A stretch of DNA of 64,000 bases from Paecilomyces variotii. Its lineage: Eukaryota. A program made the position numbers and the translations under genes. Where the stretch lies: NCBI GenBank assembly GCA_004022145.1, contig RCNU01000001.1, one strand, 5' to 3'. The notes beneath the pieces are model-generated. The model saw only the letters and a program-made list of their open reading frames with translations. It was not told where the DNA came from and searched no databases. Numbering within the stretch: position 1 is the first letter of the stretch; each line of letters begins with the position of its first letter. Of this stretch, positions 24,222 through 36,335 are shown in pieces.

Positions 24222-25072
24222 ACGTGTAGTAATACCCCCGATCTTTTCTATCTTCTTTCGAGCCGTGAGTCTCTGGCGTCTGCTTTTTTTTTGCCGCTTA
24301 GAACTCTGGACTCTTGTCTTCTAGGCATCTTTTTCTCTTTTCTGTGACGTGCCCACGTTCTTCGAGTTTGTTGTTCATAATTCGGTCATAATGAGGGAAA
24401 ATGCTTTATGTAACTAGAAAAAGGGGCCCTATGCCTTTTTTATTTTATGCAGTTAGAATTTATGTTTAGAGGGAATGCTATGGATTATTCAAAATAACTA
24501 GTCAATTTTCTGACGCTAATCTCTTAACTGTAAAGAGAAAAGATTCCGCTACGTGCCGTTTAACCCTCGCTGCTCTTAACTGTTACACTTGCAGCATTCT
24601 ATCATGGGGCTGGGGGATCATATCTGGAAATGCAAGTGTTACTAAGATAACAGCTCTTACTGCAATTCAGACCATTGCAGAAGTCTGTGAGGTCCACCGA
24701 GTCAATAACTTCCATATTTCCTTCCCATAAGGCGATAGAACATCAATGACAGCGTGAGTGTAATTAAATTGATCTTCTAATCCAGTCTATTAGTAGCTTT
24801 GGGTCACACTGGTAGACCAGAATTATGGACATGAGCATAACTTCCTCAAACTAGTCAGCCCAGCTGGGTTGTGCAAAATATGCTCTTCATAAAAAAACTT
24901 GGCCACTTCCCTTTTTTTCCCCCAAATAGGACGTACATACACCGCGCGTAAAGACACAAGAAATATAAAAACCCGGTAGATAAGACTGTCTAAGGAGGAG
25001 GGAGACAATTAAAGATTGGCAGATAATCTTACCTACCTTCCTGACAAGAGAGGGACGTAGGACTGTCGCTGT

Positions 25073-27422
25073 TCAGGTTTCTTTCAGGACACCTGGACGC
25101 AAAAGTCTGTCCTCCTTGCCATATACACCGACTTCTTTGACAATCGAGATGAATCTCCGGTGGTTTTCCCTCGATTCGCCAATGCGAGGTCGGAAAATCC
25201 TGAGCAGGTCACTGCTAAGGATGCCGGTGGCAGGGATGGCAGCGTGGATCTCGGCCGCTGTAGGGAAACTCTGTTGGGACGGACCAGGCGTAGAGACACG
25301 TGTTTGGCCTAGGAAAGATACAAATGGCAATCAGTATGGTCGATCTGATCAAGCGCAGAATCAAGGTTTTACCTTTCATAGAGCCTCCTTCAGGGCTGCT
25401 GGCGCGGCTTGCGACGACGGCTTTACCACCCAGCGGGATAGGACTACCGGCTCGGGATCCTTGGGGCGTTCCATGATGCGAGGGTGCTGTCGGGGGGTTA
25501 AGTTTGAATTTCTTCGTTTTACCGCTTTCACTCATCTCACCAGCTGAGGCAGCACCGCCATCGATATCACTACCAGAACCCGGGCCCAGATTCCGAGCAC
25601 GCTTCTTGTTCAACTATCCAAGTCAGTCAAGAACATATCGTAGTTGCCTTTCGACAGGGCTTACCGGAACTGCGGACGTTGCCGCTGGCGACATTGGACG
25701 CGACTCCGGCTGAGTTGGAGCGTGCTTGCTCTTTGGCTTCTTGCGGGAAGTGTCTGTCCCACTGGCATCGGACAGACCTGGAGAACCAGGGCGTTTCCTA
25801 GCAGGGAGACCAGTCGCTTTTTTCAAGGGGTCAGTATGCTTAGGGCGTCCACTGGGGGTATCTCCGCCTTTCGCAGAGCCCCCTCCATTTTTCTCGGACT
25901 CCTTTGCCTTCTTGTTCTTCTCCTCTTCGGCCTTCCGCTCCTCTTCTTTCAACCGTTCTGCCTCCGAGTCTTCGGAACTCTGCACAATCCATTCAGTCAG
26001 TCACACCGAGCATCAACACGGATAGATAGGGTCGCTGATAACAATGTTACGTACCTCCTCGTCGGAGTAGGGATTGAAATCGGATTCGCTGCTATAATCG
26101 TAATTCTTTTCCCGCCTTTGGAGCGCCTTTCGTACTCGCTTACCCAGAATCCTCCGCGCTTCTTTCTCCCTCTTCTCCTTGAGCTCTTCCTCCTCGTAGT
26201 CCTTTTCTTCTTTGAGGTCAAAGACGTTTGCTTTTAACTGATCTTCCTTGATTCTTTTTTCAGCCGTCTTGGCCTCTTCATCCTCATCGAAAATCGCATC
26301 ATGTTCCTCATCGTCCGCAAATCTGTCTTCTTCGAAATCCATTTCATCTGCTTCTAGAGCCTCGCCACCAGAAGCGCCTTGCTTACCACGGTAGACCTTC
26401 CGTGATTTGGCGTAATTTTCTAGTTCCTTTTGCTGTGCCATCTCATGTTGCTTTTCCATAAACCACCTAGGATCCTTAGTTTTCTTGGACATCAATTTCT
26501 CTGCCTCCTCAATCGTCAAAGTCCTGAACTGGTTCTTTGCGCTAAATTTGTACCACTTGTCGATCGGGATCATCCTCATTCGGCCAGTGTCTTCCAGTAC
26601 GAACATTGCATACGTCTCAGACAGGGCGGCCTCATAACTTCCAACCCACGTGTTTTTGTTATCGAAATCTTCCAAGTGCCAGGGTAGAGCTTCTTCGTAT
26701 TTAACCCGCGCCCGAGCTATTTCTTCCGGTGTCATCTCAGCCCTAGACACCTGTTGAGTCTTCTGTTTGGGAGCATTCGCTCTCCTCTGTACAGTTGCCG
26801 CTGAGGGAGCTATCTGCGCAAGATTCTCCTCGCGCTCCTTTTCTCTTGCAGCCTTTCTTGCTTCGATCTCCTCACGCTCAGCTTCATCGAGCGGATTCGC
26901 CCCTTCTCCCGTCTTCTTGCCATCTGCAGTCTTTTCACCCCCTCCTTCGTGTGTCTTCGCTCGCGGATCTCTCCGCTGGAGTCTGACCGGTCGAGTGAAC
27001 TGAGATTCGTCACGGGGATCGATATTCTTCTTAGACGCGAACTTGGCCACATGGAATTTCAGTCCTTCGCGCCAAGCACGCTTTGTGGTCACTAGGGGAT
27101 AGTCCACATAAGTATCTGAAAGCAGAGGGCCACTAAACCCGTTAACCGCCATGTCCTCCCCGGGAGGGACGACCTTTGTTCTAGGCGCATTCGAACCGGG
27201 TCGCGTATTAGACGGAAGCTGTGCATTTGTCTGTGGATTGATGCCCGCTGAGCCATTTGGCGGCGGCCTAGGAGCCGGCGCAGCGTTCGGTGGCCTTGGA
27301 CCAGGCCTCTTCTTAGGACGCACCAGGGGATCTGCGGCTCTCGGACGACGAATCCTCATTACAGGGGGCCCGTTCGAACCGGCCAAGTTCTGAGGAGCAG
27401 ACGGATTCGTGGGAGTCGCCAT
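25073..27422 (-). CDS. TFG1: Transcription initiation factor TFIIF large (alpha) subunit. Exons 27422-26055, 25979-25665, 25613-25373 and 25308-25073.
   Basis: YEEALPWHLEDFDNKNTWVGSYE, KWYKF..LTIEEAE, acidic central region, C-terminal winged-helix-like segment. Three canonical introns join the ORFs in frame. Confidence 0.92.
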
Positions 27423-28273
27423 TTTGGCTGTGACAGAACGGAGAAAGGTAGGAAGTGGTGTTGAACAGCGCGGGTGTCAGACATCCAGCGGAACGACAAG
27501 CTTTTAGCAGCGCCTTGGTTTATAAATGCATGTGGATATGAGGGTTCCAAATAGAACTAAGTAACAGAATTAGTATTTCAGAGAGTATCGGACGCTGGAA
27601 GATGTATGCTGGTGGCCAGCGCAGATGAATGCAGCTCTCTTTGTCGAACATGATGATGCGGGACTGCAAGGCGCGGTCTTCTGCTGACATAATCTGTAGG
27701 CATCGGCGTCACGCTAGCCGAGCGGCAAACCCCTCGCTGATTGGCTGGCCAGTCACTCGGAATAAGCCCATGTAAATTGCCTGTGATAGCTTCATGTCTC
27801 TTTCACTTCTGGGTTTGCCTTCCACCTCTCTGTCATCTAGCGCACCCTTTTTGGAGCATTTCCCTTCATGTGGCTACTGCTATCTGCGCCTCTAAAGACT
27901 TTTTCAGTGTTATAGAGGATGCCCGTTCGACTCCGCATTGCTAGTATTGAGTCTTTGTTCAATACAAGCATGTGCTCTATTGTGCCCTCTGTCCCAGCCA
28001 TCATTTTTCATTCACTGTTCACCAGTCACACTTTACTCCAGCCTTCTTTAAGATCTAATAACATGGCTGGCTGAGTGTTCTGCAACCTGACTCACTAGAC
28101 TCTCAGATTTAGATCATTCTCATGCCCTAGACAATCCTCTTACATTCTCTTTCCCATTCTATCACTGGGGAACTTTGCACCGTCTTTGCTAATATTTTTG
28201 ATCTATTTCTGAGCTAAGCTTCTTACAAGTTTGGTCTTTGCTCTTCATCTGAAAGGGTTCTGCCAATTAATCA

Positions 28274-31255
28274 ATGAATATGGCTTCAGAGGCCTATCCT
28301 ACTAAGGGTCACCTGCAGGGATCAGCACAAGGGGACATATTACCTGGACAGGCCTACAATACAATGGCTGTTCCTCCCAATCAGGCTCCTCAGAGTCCCT
28401 ATGGGCCTCGAGACTATGCTTTCCCGACGCAGGGACGATCATTCAATCCCGCGCTTCATCAGTTTCCGAGTCCTCATCCTGACCTCCGGCAACAATTTCC
28501 AGCAACTCACATTGAGCGGCTTCCCTCTGGACAGCTGGTACCAGTCGGCAGTCAGCCGTTTAGCACAGAAATCGGACCGCATCCTGATAGGTGGCAGCGC
28601 TCACACTTCCAGCATCCTTCCACGCATCTTGTTCGCTCTCAGTTTCATGGTCATTCGCGGTATACCCGGCCCTCGATTCCCGCTGGGCCCGGATATTCCT
28701 ATGCCAATGCACCCAGGACTCGTTTTGGGGATCAGCAGACAGATCCTAGACGGAGATATCAAATGCAGATGAATTACTTGGACTCACTAGCTGTTCCGGT
28801 TATTCAGAGCCTCCATTCTCTTACTCCTGAGCTACAGTCAAAGGAGAGTCTGAGAACTCGCCTAGTTAAGATTGCTCGAGAGGCAATTTCTGTCCGAGCT
28901 GCACAATGTGGTGTTTCTATCGGACCCGATGCCATAGATCTCAAATGTTTCGGCAGCCTACGCAATGGATTTGGTCTTCCCGGTGCCGATATGGACTTGG
29001 CAATGACTACACGTCCTTCGAATCTTCCCAAAGAGATCGAAGATGAATGCCCCCGTATTCTCGAGAAGGCATTCCTGGATGCCGGCTTCGGTGCTCGGTT
29101 GATAGGGAAAACCAGGGTCCCGATCATCAAGCTTTGCGAGAAACCGTCCCAGGAACTTCTGGATGTGCTCAAGGAGGAGCGGAAAGCTTGGGAAGTCAAG
29201 CAGTTGGCCAGCGACACGACAGAAAGCTTTTCTGGAAAAGAGACTCGTACTTCCTCAGAGTCAGAAAATCCGGACCGTTCGAAAACTGACGACCGTGTTA
29301 TTGAGAAACCGTCTGTCAGCGTTGACTTCCCTGGTTCCGACACAGGGATCCATTGTGATATCAATTTTTCCGGGAGCCTTGCAATCTACAATTCGGAACT
29401 TCTGCGTTGCTACTCGCTTTGTGATGAGCGCGTTCGCCTCTTGGGCATCTTTATCAAGAAGTGGGCCAAAGCTCGAAAGATCAATAGTGCCTACCACGGG
29501 ACCCTCTGTTCCTATGGATACATCCTGATGGTTATCCACTATTTGATTAATGTCGCTCAGCCTCCAGTGATACCCAACCTTCAGATAGACTATCGTCCTC
29601 CTGCATCTGGCCGCAAGAGTACCACTACAGTATCCGGATATGACGTACGATTTTTCAACGATGAGGAAGCCATCAGAAGTATGGCACGGACCAGGGGGTT
29701 CTCTCGCAATAATCAGTCTATTGGTGAACTGATACGCGGTTTTTTCGCTTATTACGGAGCCTCAGGTCCCAACGCTCCTCTCGGTGGTTTCGACTGGATC
29801 AATGGAGTCATCTCCATACGTACCAGAGGTGGTATCCTCACTAAGTCCGATAAAGGCTGGACTTCACTCCATGTGGACGATAACGGCACTCGCCACAGAT
29901 ACCTTTTGGCCATCGAAGACCCGTTCGAAGTCGACTACAATGTGGCCAGGACAGTTGTCCGTGATGGCGTCCATGCTATTAGGGATGAATTCCGCCGGGC
30001 AAATAATATAATCTACAGCATTCAGGAGATACCCGGCGCTGGTTGGCAATGGCGCACAGAAGAAGGTGCCATAGGTGAAGATTTCTTCGCCGAAGCAGAA
30101 GATCGGCTGCATTTACAGCGAACCCGCCAACTCAGAACCCTCTCAGGCCCATCTAATGAGATTTCGGAAGATCCTACCGAAGAGAAACAGCGGGGTGCAC
30201 CTACAACTGCAAGGTCTGTGCCAGGTCAGAACCTCGGCGAAAATGACGTTCCAGCACATGGGCCGACAACCACGCTGGCATACCGACCTAGGGCGAAAGG
30301 AAGCAATAGTCAGAACAAAGGCGGCTCCATAGATTCGAACCGGGATGGGAGGCCTACATTTCATCCGCATCAGGATAAAACGCAGCCTCTAGCAGCCAAC
30401 GCAAATAGCAGCAACCCCAACATTGGAACTTCAACTCAAATCGCATCCGGCAACTTACAGGATAGGGTTCCAAAACCTCGCGCATTTCGGGCTGATGAGC
30501 GTACAGATAACAGAGAATTATCATCGAAAGGCAAAAGCATATGCAATGTCAATCCTTTGATTCGTCGTCCAGTTTCCGAAGTGACACGCAAACAAGAGGA
30601 GATGGGTAAATTGTTTGCACGGGATGCCGCTACTGCAGCCGGAAAGATGAATTCCATGTTGGAGAACCAGAAAGCTTATGCTTTAAGTGTTTCAAATCAA
30701 CCTAAAAGCCTACATACACCCTCGGACCACCCACTTGTGGGTAGTAAGACCGTTGCGGTGCCTTCAGGCTCAGAGTATGTTAATGATTCCGAGACCCGGG
30801 ACAAAGAACAGCTAGATAACATTACCCCTATGGAAAAAGAAACGATACGTCCTGCAATACTCGACACCCGTGATACGGCATTCTCAGATAGCGACTCTGC
30901 CACCGTTCACACCCATCTTTCTGGTAGTTCAGACGCTATTTCGATTCCTTCAGTCGCCATTTCTAAACCGTCCCCTCGTGCCGCCTCCTCGGATAGCTCT
31001 CAATTGAGCACTGGTGACTCGAGTCGGGTTCCAGGTCAGCGCGGTTTATGTGTCGATCCAAAGCAATTATATGAGATGTATTCGATACACACCGGGAAGC
31101 AGAAGGCTGGTGGGGTAAGACCTCAGATCCCCTTTCCTCATAACCCTGGATCTACCGAGGACGACTATGATCAGGACAAGCCTCGTGTTCCGTATGACGA
31201 ACTGCTGCGAAACCTGCCATTCAATCAGTTCGTCACACCTTCCAGTAACCTCTGA
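28274..31255 (+). CDS. Cid1-family non-canonical poly(A)/poly(U) polymerase (terminal nucleotidyltransferase with PAP-associated domain)
   Basis: Pol-beta signature FGSLRNGFGLPGADMDL, RVPIIK, third Asp in CDINF, GTLCSYGY, and nucleotide-recognition motif LAIEDPFEVDYNVAR. Confidence 0.92.
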   Translation: MNMASEAYPTKGHLQGSAQGDILPGQAYNTMAVPPNQAPQSPYGPRDYAFPTQGRSFNPALHQFPSPHPDLRQQFPATHIERLPSGQLVPVGSQPFSTEIGPHPDRWQRSHFQHPSTHLVRSQFHGHSRYTRPSIPAGPGYSYANAPRTRFGDQQTDPRRRYQMQMNYLDSLAVPVIQSLHSLTPELQSKESLRTRLVKIAREAISVRAAQCGVSIGPDAIDLKCFGSLRNGFGLPGADMDLAMTTRPSNLPKEIEDECPRILEKAFLDAGFGARLIGKTRVPIIKLCEKPSQELLDVLKEERKAWEVKQLASDTTESFSGKETRTSSESENPDRSKTDDRVIEKPSVSVDFPGSDTGIHCDINFSGSLAIYNSELLRCYSLCDERVRLLGIFIKKWAKARKINSAYHGTLCSYGYILMVIHYLINVAQPPVIPNLQIDYRPPASGRKSTTTVSGYDVRFFNDEEAIRSMARTRGFSRNNQSIGELIRGFFAYYGASGPNAPLGGFDWINGVISIRTRGGILTKSDKGWTSLHVDDNGTRHRYLLAIEDPFEVDYNVARTVVRDGVHAIRDEFRRANNIIYSIQEIPGAGWQWRTEEGAIGEDFFAEAEDRLHLQRTRQLRTLSGPSNEISEDPTEEKQRGAPTTARSVPGQNLGENDVPAHGPTTTLAYRPRAKGSNSQNKGGSIDSNRDGRPTFHPHQDKTQPLAANANSSNPNIGTSTQIASGNLQDRVPKPRAFRADERTDNRELSSKGKSICNVNPLIRRPVSEVTRKQEEMGKLFARDAATAAGKMNSMLENQKAYALSVSNQPKSLHTPSDHPLVGSKTVAVPSGSEYVNDSETRDKEQLDNITPMEKETIRPAILDTRDTAFSDSDSATVHTHLSGSSDAISIPSVAISKPSPRAASSDSSQLSTGDSSRVPGQRGLCVDPKQLYEMYSIHTGKQKAGGVRPQIPFPHNPGSTEDDYDQDKPRVPYDELLRNLPFNQFVTPSSNL

Positions 31256-32004
31256 CTCTGTCCAGTGATTGCATAAATAGAGAGGCGGATCACAGCTCTC
31301 AGATCACCCTTTCCAGATTACGCTTATGACAGGACATTACTCTATATTGATCCTTCTCTATGTCCATTATTGTTCTGGGTGCTTATCAAATAGCCGCGGT
31401 TTGTCTTTATGGGTCATGGCTTTTTATTTCAGGCCTAATCTTTTTTTCGGTGCCTTTTGAGTCCTTGCTGTCGCGCAGAACCTGTATCCATCGGGGAAAG
31501 TACATCTAGGTTAGCTCAAGCATAAGCGACGACAAAATTCGTGTTCATGTTACTCAGCTGTCATTTCCTAGCTAAGAGGCCTTTAGTGCCATATCCAATC
31601 TATACGTTCAATAGCCGCGGTTCGCAACCAGTAGATGTCTCTATAATTACCTCGTAGCACTGTACCAAATCTATGGTGATTTAATATAAAGGGCGTACTC
31701 AAGACAACAAACGGCGTTTAGAAAGGCAAGATGATTAGGGCCGAGCATAGAAAGAAAATGAAGGAACGGAAGACGGAACCCAACATTAACACTGCGAAAG
31801 AGATGGAACCAATAAACCGCCGCAGTTGTACGCTCGTGTATTTTCTCAAAATTGCTGGATCGGTGGTGTCAAAGAATTGCATTGATGGAATCATATAGCC
31901 TCTATTTTTGGTTGTGCCAAACACTTGAAAGAAATACAGCCCAATGTGTCACCAAGTGTAAATGAGAAAAAAACGAAGTGATCTATGCCTTGATGCTGCA
32001 GCAT

Positions 32005-33388
32005 TCAGAACAATTCAACGACCTTGTCATCATCGTCAGCTTGCTCGTGCTGCGGTTGCCCCAGCGCTTCTGCCCTAGCTTTCTCGAGTTCGGCGTCTTC
32101 CTCCCCTTCCTCGTTCCTCATAATTACATTCACCAGCCTATCGCAAGCTTCACGGACATCGTCATCATCCACATGGAGGTGACACTCCCTTACGATCGGA
32201 TACACATTTACCTCGCGCATCTTATCCCGCCCTTCTCGTGAGGTGGTTAGCAACATTAGAGTTTCGAGATGGGTAACGATGTTGCTGGTGTCTGTGTCTC
32301 TCTGCTTATCTGGCGGTAGTAGCTGTAGATCTGGCAGCATCGATGCAGATTCCTCGTCTGTGAACTCCTCGGGTCCGGTGATTGGCAAAAGAACATAAGG
32401 TAAAAGATTTGCCCCGTCCTCTGCAAGGAGCATTGGATGCGAGGACACATCAAAGGATACGTTCTTGATGGTCGAGGCGACTCCCTTTCTCCTGATATCA
32501 CTCTTATGTTCCGTGAATACCGTGAGCTTCGTGATTGGAACGACGTCATCATATGCCTGTCTTGTCGTAAAATAAGCGCGGCCTTCCTCCGTTTTCGAGA
32601 GGTCTGCGAAGAGGTAAGACAGGTAGTCGTAATCAGCATGCTTGTTCAGGGACCCTTCCGCGCCCTTGACGAAGCAATCCATAAGCTGGTCCATAGCTTT
32701 TGCTGAGTCTGACACCCCCTCGGGCACTCTTCTCTCCATCTTTATAATCCTTTGCATACTATCCGATTTGGCGAGGTTTGCGAGAAGCATCGCTATCTCG
32801 TTCGCGTTTGGCTCTTTGGGGTTCTGTACGAAATCGGTCAGACTCGGTTTCGCGCAGGCCGGACGCTGAAAAAGAGCCATTCACGCACCGTCAACTTGAC
32901 CAACAATGTCTCTAGAAACGCATCATCCTCCGCTAGAAGTTGAAGTATCTCATTATCGGCCGACAGATTAACCAGCATAGTCAGGACATTCTTTGCGATC
33001 GGCTATTCCGTTGGTAACCAGATTCTATTAGCCATATATCATTCTGAGGTAATTCAAATTCCACCAAAGGGTCCCAACGACTAACCGAGTAGTCGCGCAC
33101 AAGCAGTTTCATATCTCGGACAGGTAGGAGTTGCTGGCGCTTGAATAATGAGGGCTGAGATGTTGAGAACCCGACCAGGTTTTCAACGGCTGACAAGCAA
33201 TGATCAGTCAGCGTCTTTCGGGCTTTAATGTTCACGGAACCACGAGATGTACCTATTTGTCTGATCTGAGTGTTTCCATGGTGGAGGAACTCGACGAGCT
33301 ATAATGCCGCAAGGGCAAGTAAGTCAGCATTAGAAATATCGAATCGTCGGGGTATTCTTCAACGCACCTCCTCCAGCTCTGTCGGCAT
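32005..33388 (-). CDS. HGH1: Hgh1, eEF2 chaperone (FAM203 family). Exons 33388-33368, 33298-33253, 33189-33086, 33002-32889 and 32823-32005.
   Basis: The spliced product begins MPTELEELVEFLHHGNTQIRQIAVENL; also RRKGVASTIKNVSF, LLPYVLLPI and DLQLLPPDKQRD. Four canonical introns. Confidence 0.92.
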
Positions 33389-34305
33389 TTGGGCTGAGAG
33401 ACGGGGGCGCTTTCTTGAAACTGGATTCTAGGATCGCCGCCTGGAATATCTTGTGAGTCGATATAATGAACCAAATGTGCCTGCGAATGTAGTAGTGTCT
33501 TTGTCTCGTGTGAGATCTCGGTCGGCAAAAGAAAATTTTGTGGGGTTAAGTACCTACCGACGTCACCGAATGTATGGTATGGGCTTGCGATGCTTCTATG
33601 GTAGCACTCAGTATTTACTTGTTACGCCTACAGAGGAGACCAAATGGAAGTAAAATCGAATTGAATTGACTATACGCGCAAAATGTTACTAATATCTCTA
33701 TATTTTGTGAAGGGTTGAGTTCTGGAATACAGTAATCCGTGCCATAATCTAATCAGAACTTTTCGGAGCGGATAAAGGGTTCCAAGATTGAGTGTTTTCC
33801 TTGCCACCACAGATGTCCCAAAGCTTCCTTCATTATTGTTTTGGCGGTCTCCAGACAGAATAGCTAGCATGTGGTGGTTTCCCCTTGTATCATTGGAGTG
33901 CAAGCCGTCTCCGTGTACTCCAGAACAAAAGGGAGAGTCGATGGAGGGGCTCATGACAGGAATGGAGGGGCAGAGTGGACCCGCGAAGTATTAATTACAT
34001 ACATTTAGTTAGGATCGCTTCCTAACATAACTTATCCATAATACCACCAGCTCGATAACATCCAAGGCACGCAAGAGCAGCCCTTCACTTCTCCAATTGC
34101 CTGTTCGTTGTGACTGTTGTACTGGTAGACTCTCCTCCTTTCCGGTACTATTGCTCCGTGCTCGTATCTGCCAGAGGTTCGGCTGCTTTGCGATTTTAAA
34201 CAAGCTTAAGTACCTGCAACGCATCCCAAGTGAAGCAAAGCTACTCCAGCAATTTGCTTAATTGTCCTTTACTTGACCCAGATATCCGATAGAAAAACGA
34301 AAAAG

Positions 34306-35329
34306 ATGGCTGGCTCCGAGAGCACTCCTGATCTGCAGGAGATCCATGATTTCCTGGTTGATTTGGCCTTCAAGGCTGGCAAAACAATCAACAGTGCTTT
34401 ACCAACTGTCTCTAGCACCGATTCAAAGAAGAACAGTAAGTCTGGCACTTGAGTTTACCCATCAATGCGACCTGTTAGCAGAGACTGATGATGCCTCAAG
34501 GCTCCGACCTCGTCACGGAATATGACCGCGCAGTGGAACTGCAGGTTTCTACCGCTCTGAAAGAGAAATATCCTGAATACGAGTATGTGGTTGCCCAAGT
34601 AGTATAACGGTGCGTTGCTTACGGCGTGGCTGACGGTATTTTGTCCATAGCTTTCACGGAGAAGAGACATACGATCCAGCGCATCCTCTCACGGACGCCC
34701 CGACATTCATTGTTGACCCAATTGATGGCACTACCAATTTCGTACATGGCTTTCCCAGCGTGTGTATTTCCTTGGGCTTTGCCATTAAACGCACACCGGC
34801 CGTTGGCGTGGTGTTTAACCCTTTCACTCAGACTCTATACTCCGCCATCCGTGGGAAAGGGGCATACTTGAACAAGACAACCAAGCTCCCACTGAAGGGC
34901 GCCAATATCGAACCACTGCAGGGGCTCAGCAATTCCCTCATTGCCGTTGAATGGGGTTCGGACCGTAGTGGCCAGAATTTCGAGACTAAGGTCCGCACCT
35001 TTGAACAGCTAGGGAAGAGCCGGGAGGAGGGGGGCGCAATGGTCCATTCCATGCGCAGCCTGGGATCAGCTGCTCTGAACCTGTGCAGCGTCGCGGCCGG
35101 AACTCTCGACTTGTACTGGGAAGGTGGGTGCTGGGCATGGGATGTTTGCGCTGGTTGGGTTATCCTGAGTGAAGCTGGCGGCATTATGGTTGACGGGAAC
35201 CCCGGTGAGTGGACTGCGAAGCTCGATAGCCGGAGATACCTTGCAGTCAGAGGGTCGCCAAATGGTGAAGGCCAGAAAGAGCTCGTGGAGGAATTCTGGA
35301 GTCATGTGCAGGGTCGCATGGACTACTGA
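34306..35329 (+). CDS. Inositol monophosphatase. Exons 34306-34435, 34501-34582 and 34651-35329.
   Basis: DLVTEYD, FHGEE, IVDPIDGTTNFVHG, RSLGSAALNLC, WDVCAG. Introns 34436-34500 and 34583-34650. Confidence 0.95.
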
Positions 35330-35502
35330 CCTCTTAGGTCGACTTCACACGATACCTCGGATTGAAGCAGCGATAACAGGTCTGCGTTGTGTTTCTCCTT
35401 CTCATTTCCATATCTTATCCTATATATTATCTTTTCTAACGGATATCTCGATCATCCTTCTTACACAGCGAGTAACTTCTTGAGGAACCATCTCCGTCAG
35501 AC

Positions 35503-35533
35503 GAGAGAGAGAGAGAGATATATATATATATAT
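35503..35533. repeat. Compound (GA)n(TA)n microsatellite
   Basis: gagagagagagagagatatatatatatatat is directly visible. Confidence 0.9.
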
Positions 35534-36335
35534 TTCTTTTCTATATGCCTTTTCAAGTCCCCGCATTCTACATAGAAGTCTCATTATCTGTCATGAATCA
35601 CTTCCCAGGAATCCCCTTATCCATCCGTAATAACTCACTCACATACGTGGTGACTCGTTGCTCCTTTGGATGTTGTGCTGTCTTTGTTCAGTTGGTTCAC
35701 AGCATCTCACCGCTCGGGAATTTGCTGCCCGATTGTCCACGTTCCGCCTTCCCTATGGACGCCTAATTCTGGGGTCTTCTCCGGACTTCAGAATTCAATA
35801 ACCAGGTTGAATTCTTCAAGCAAATGATGCTTTTATTCCATGCCTTTATAGCCAACACTGAACCTCATTCCGGGGCAGGGCGACAGTGTCTGCCGCCACA
35901 CTCTGTCTGACGGGTACCAATCAATGATCACCGGGTGATTCGGCCACCTCATTCGGTCTTGCGCTGGCACATAGTCCAGGTGCATGCAGCCTCTTAAGAT
36001 CGCGCGACATCGCGCCAAAGGCTACTAGCCTGTGGAGTAACAGCTGCCTGCCGCCACCTGCCTATGCAGCTGCGATCCTACCGGGGCACAGGAATATATG
36101 AGTCCGATTGCTGTCCAGCCTTCCGAACAACGGCGTCTGCTTATCCTACCATCGACAACCGACTACACTCTATACCTCCAATGCCAGCGGGAGCTGTACT
36201 TTTTGCATTGTGACGATGGATATGCTTTTCCGCGGGTGACTGGCACCGAGCTGCTGAAATAGTTTCTCGGCGGTAGCTAGTTGCGAAATCAACTCACCAG
36301 CGCTGTTAAGCTAGAACGAGGTCCAACGACGACAT

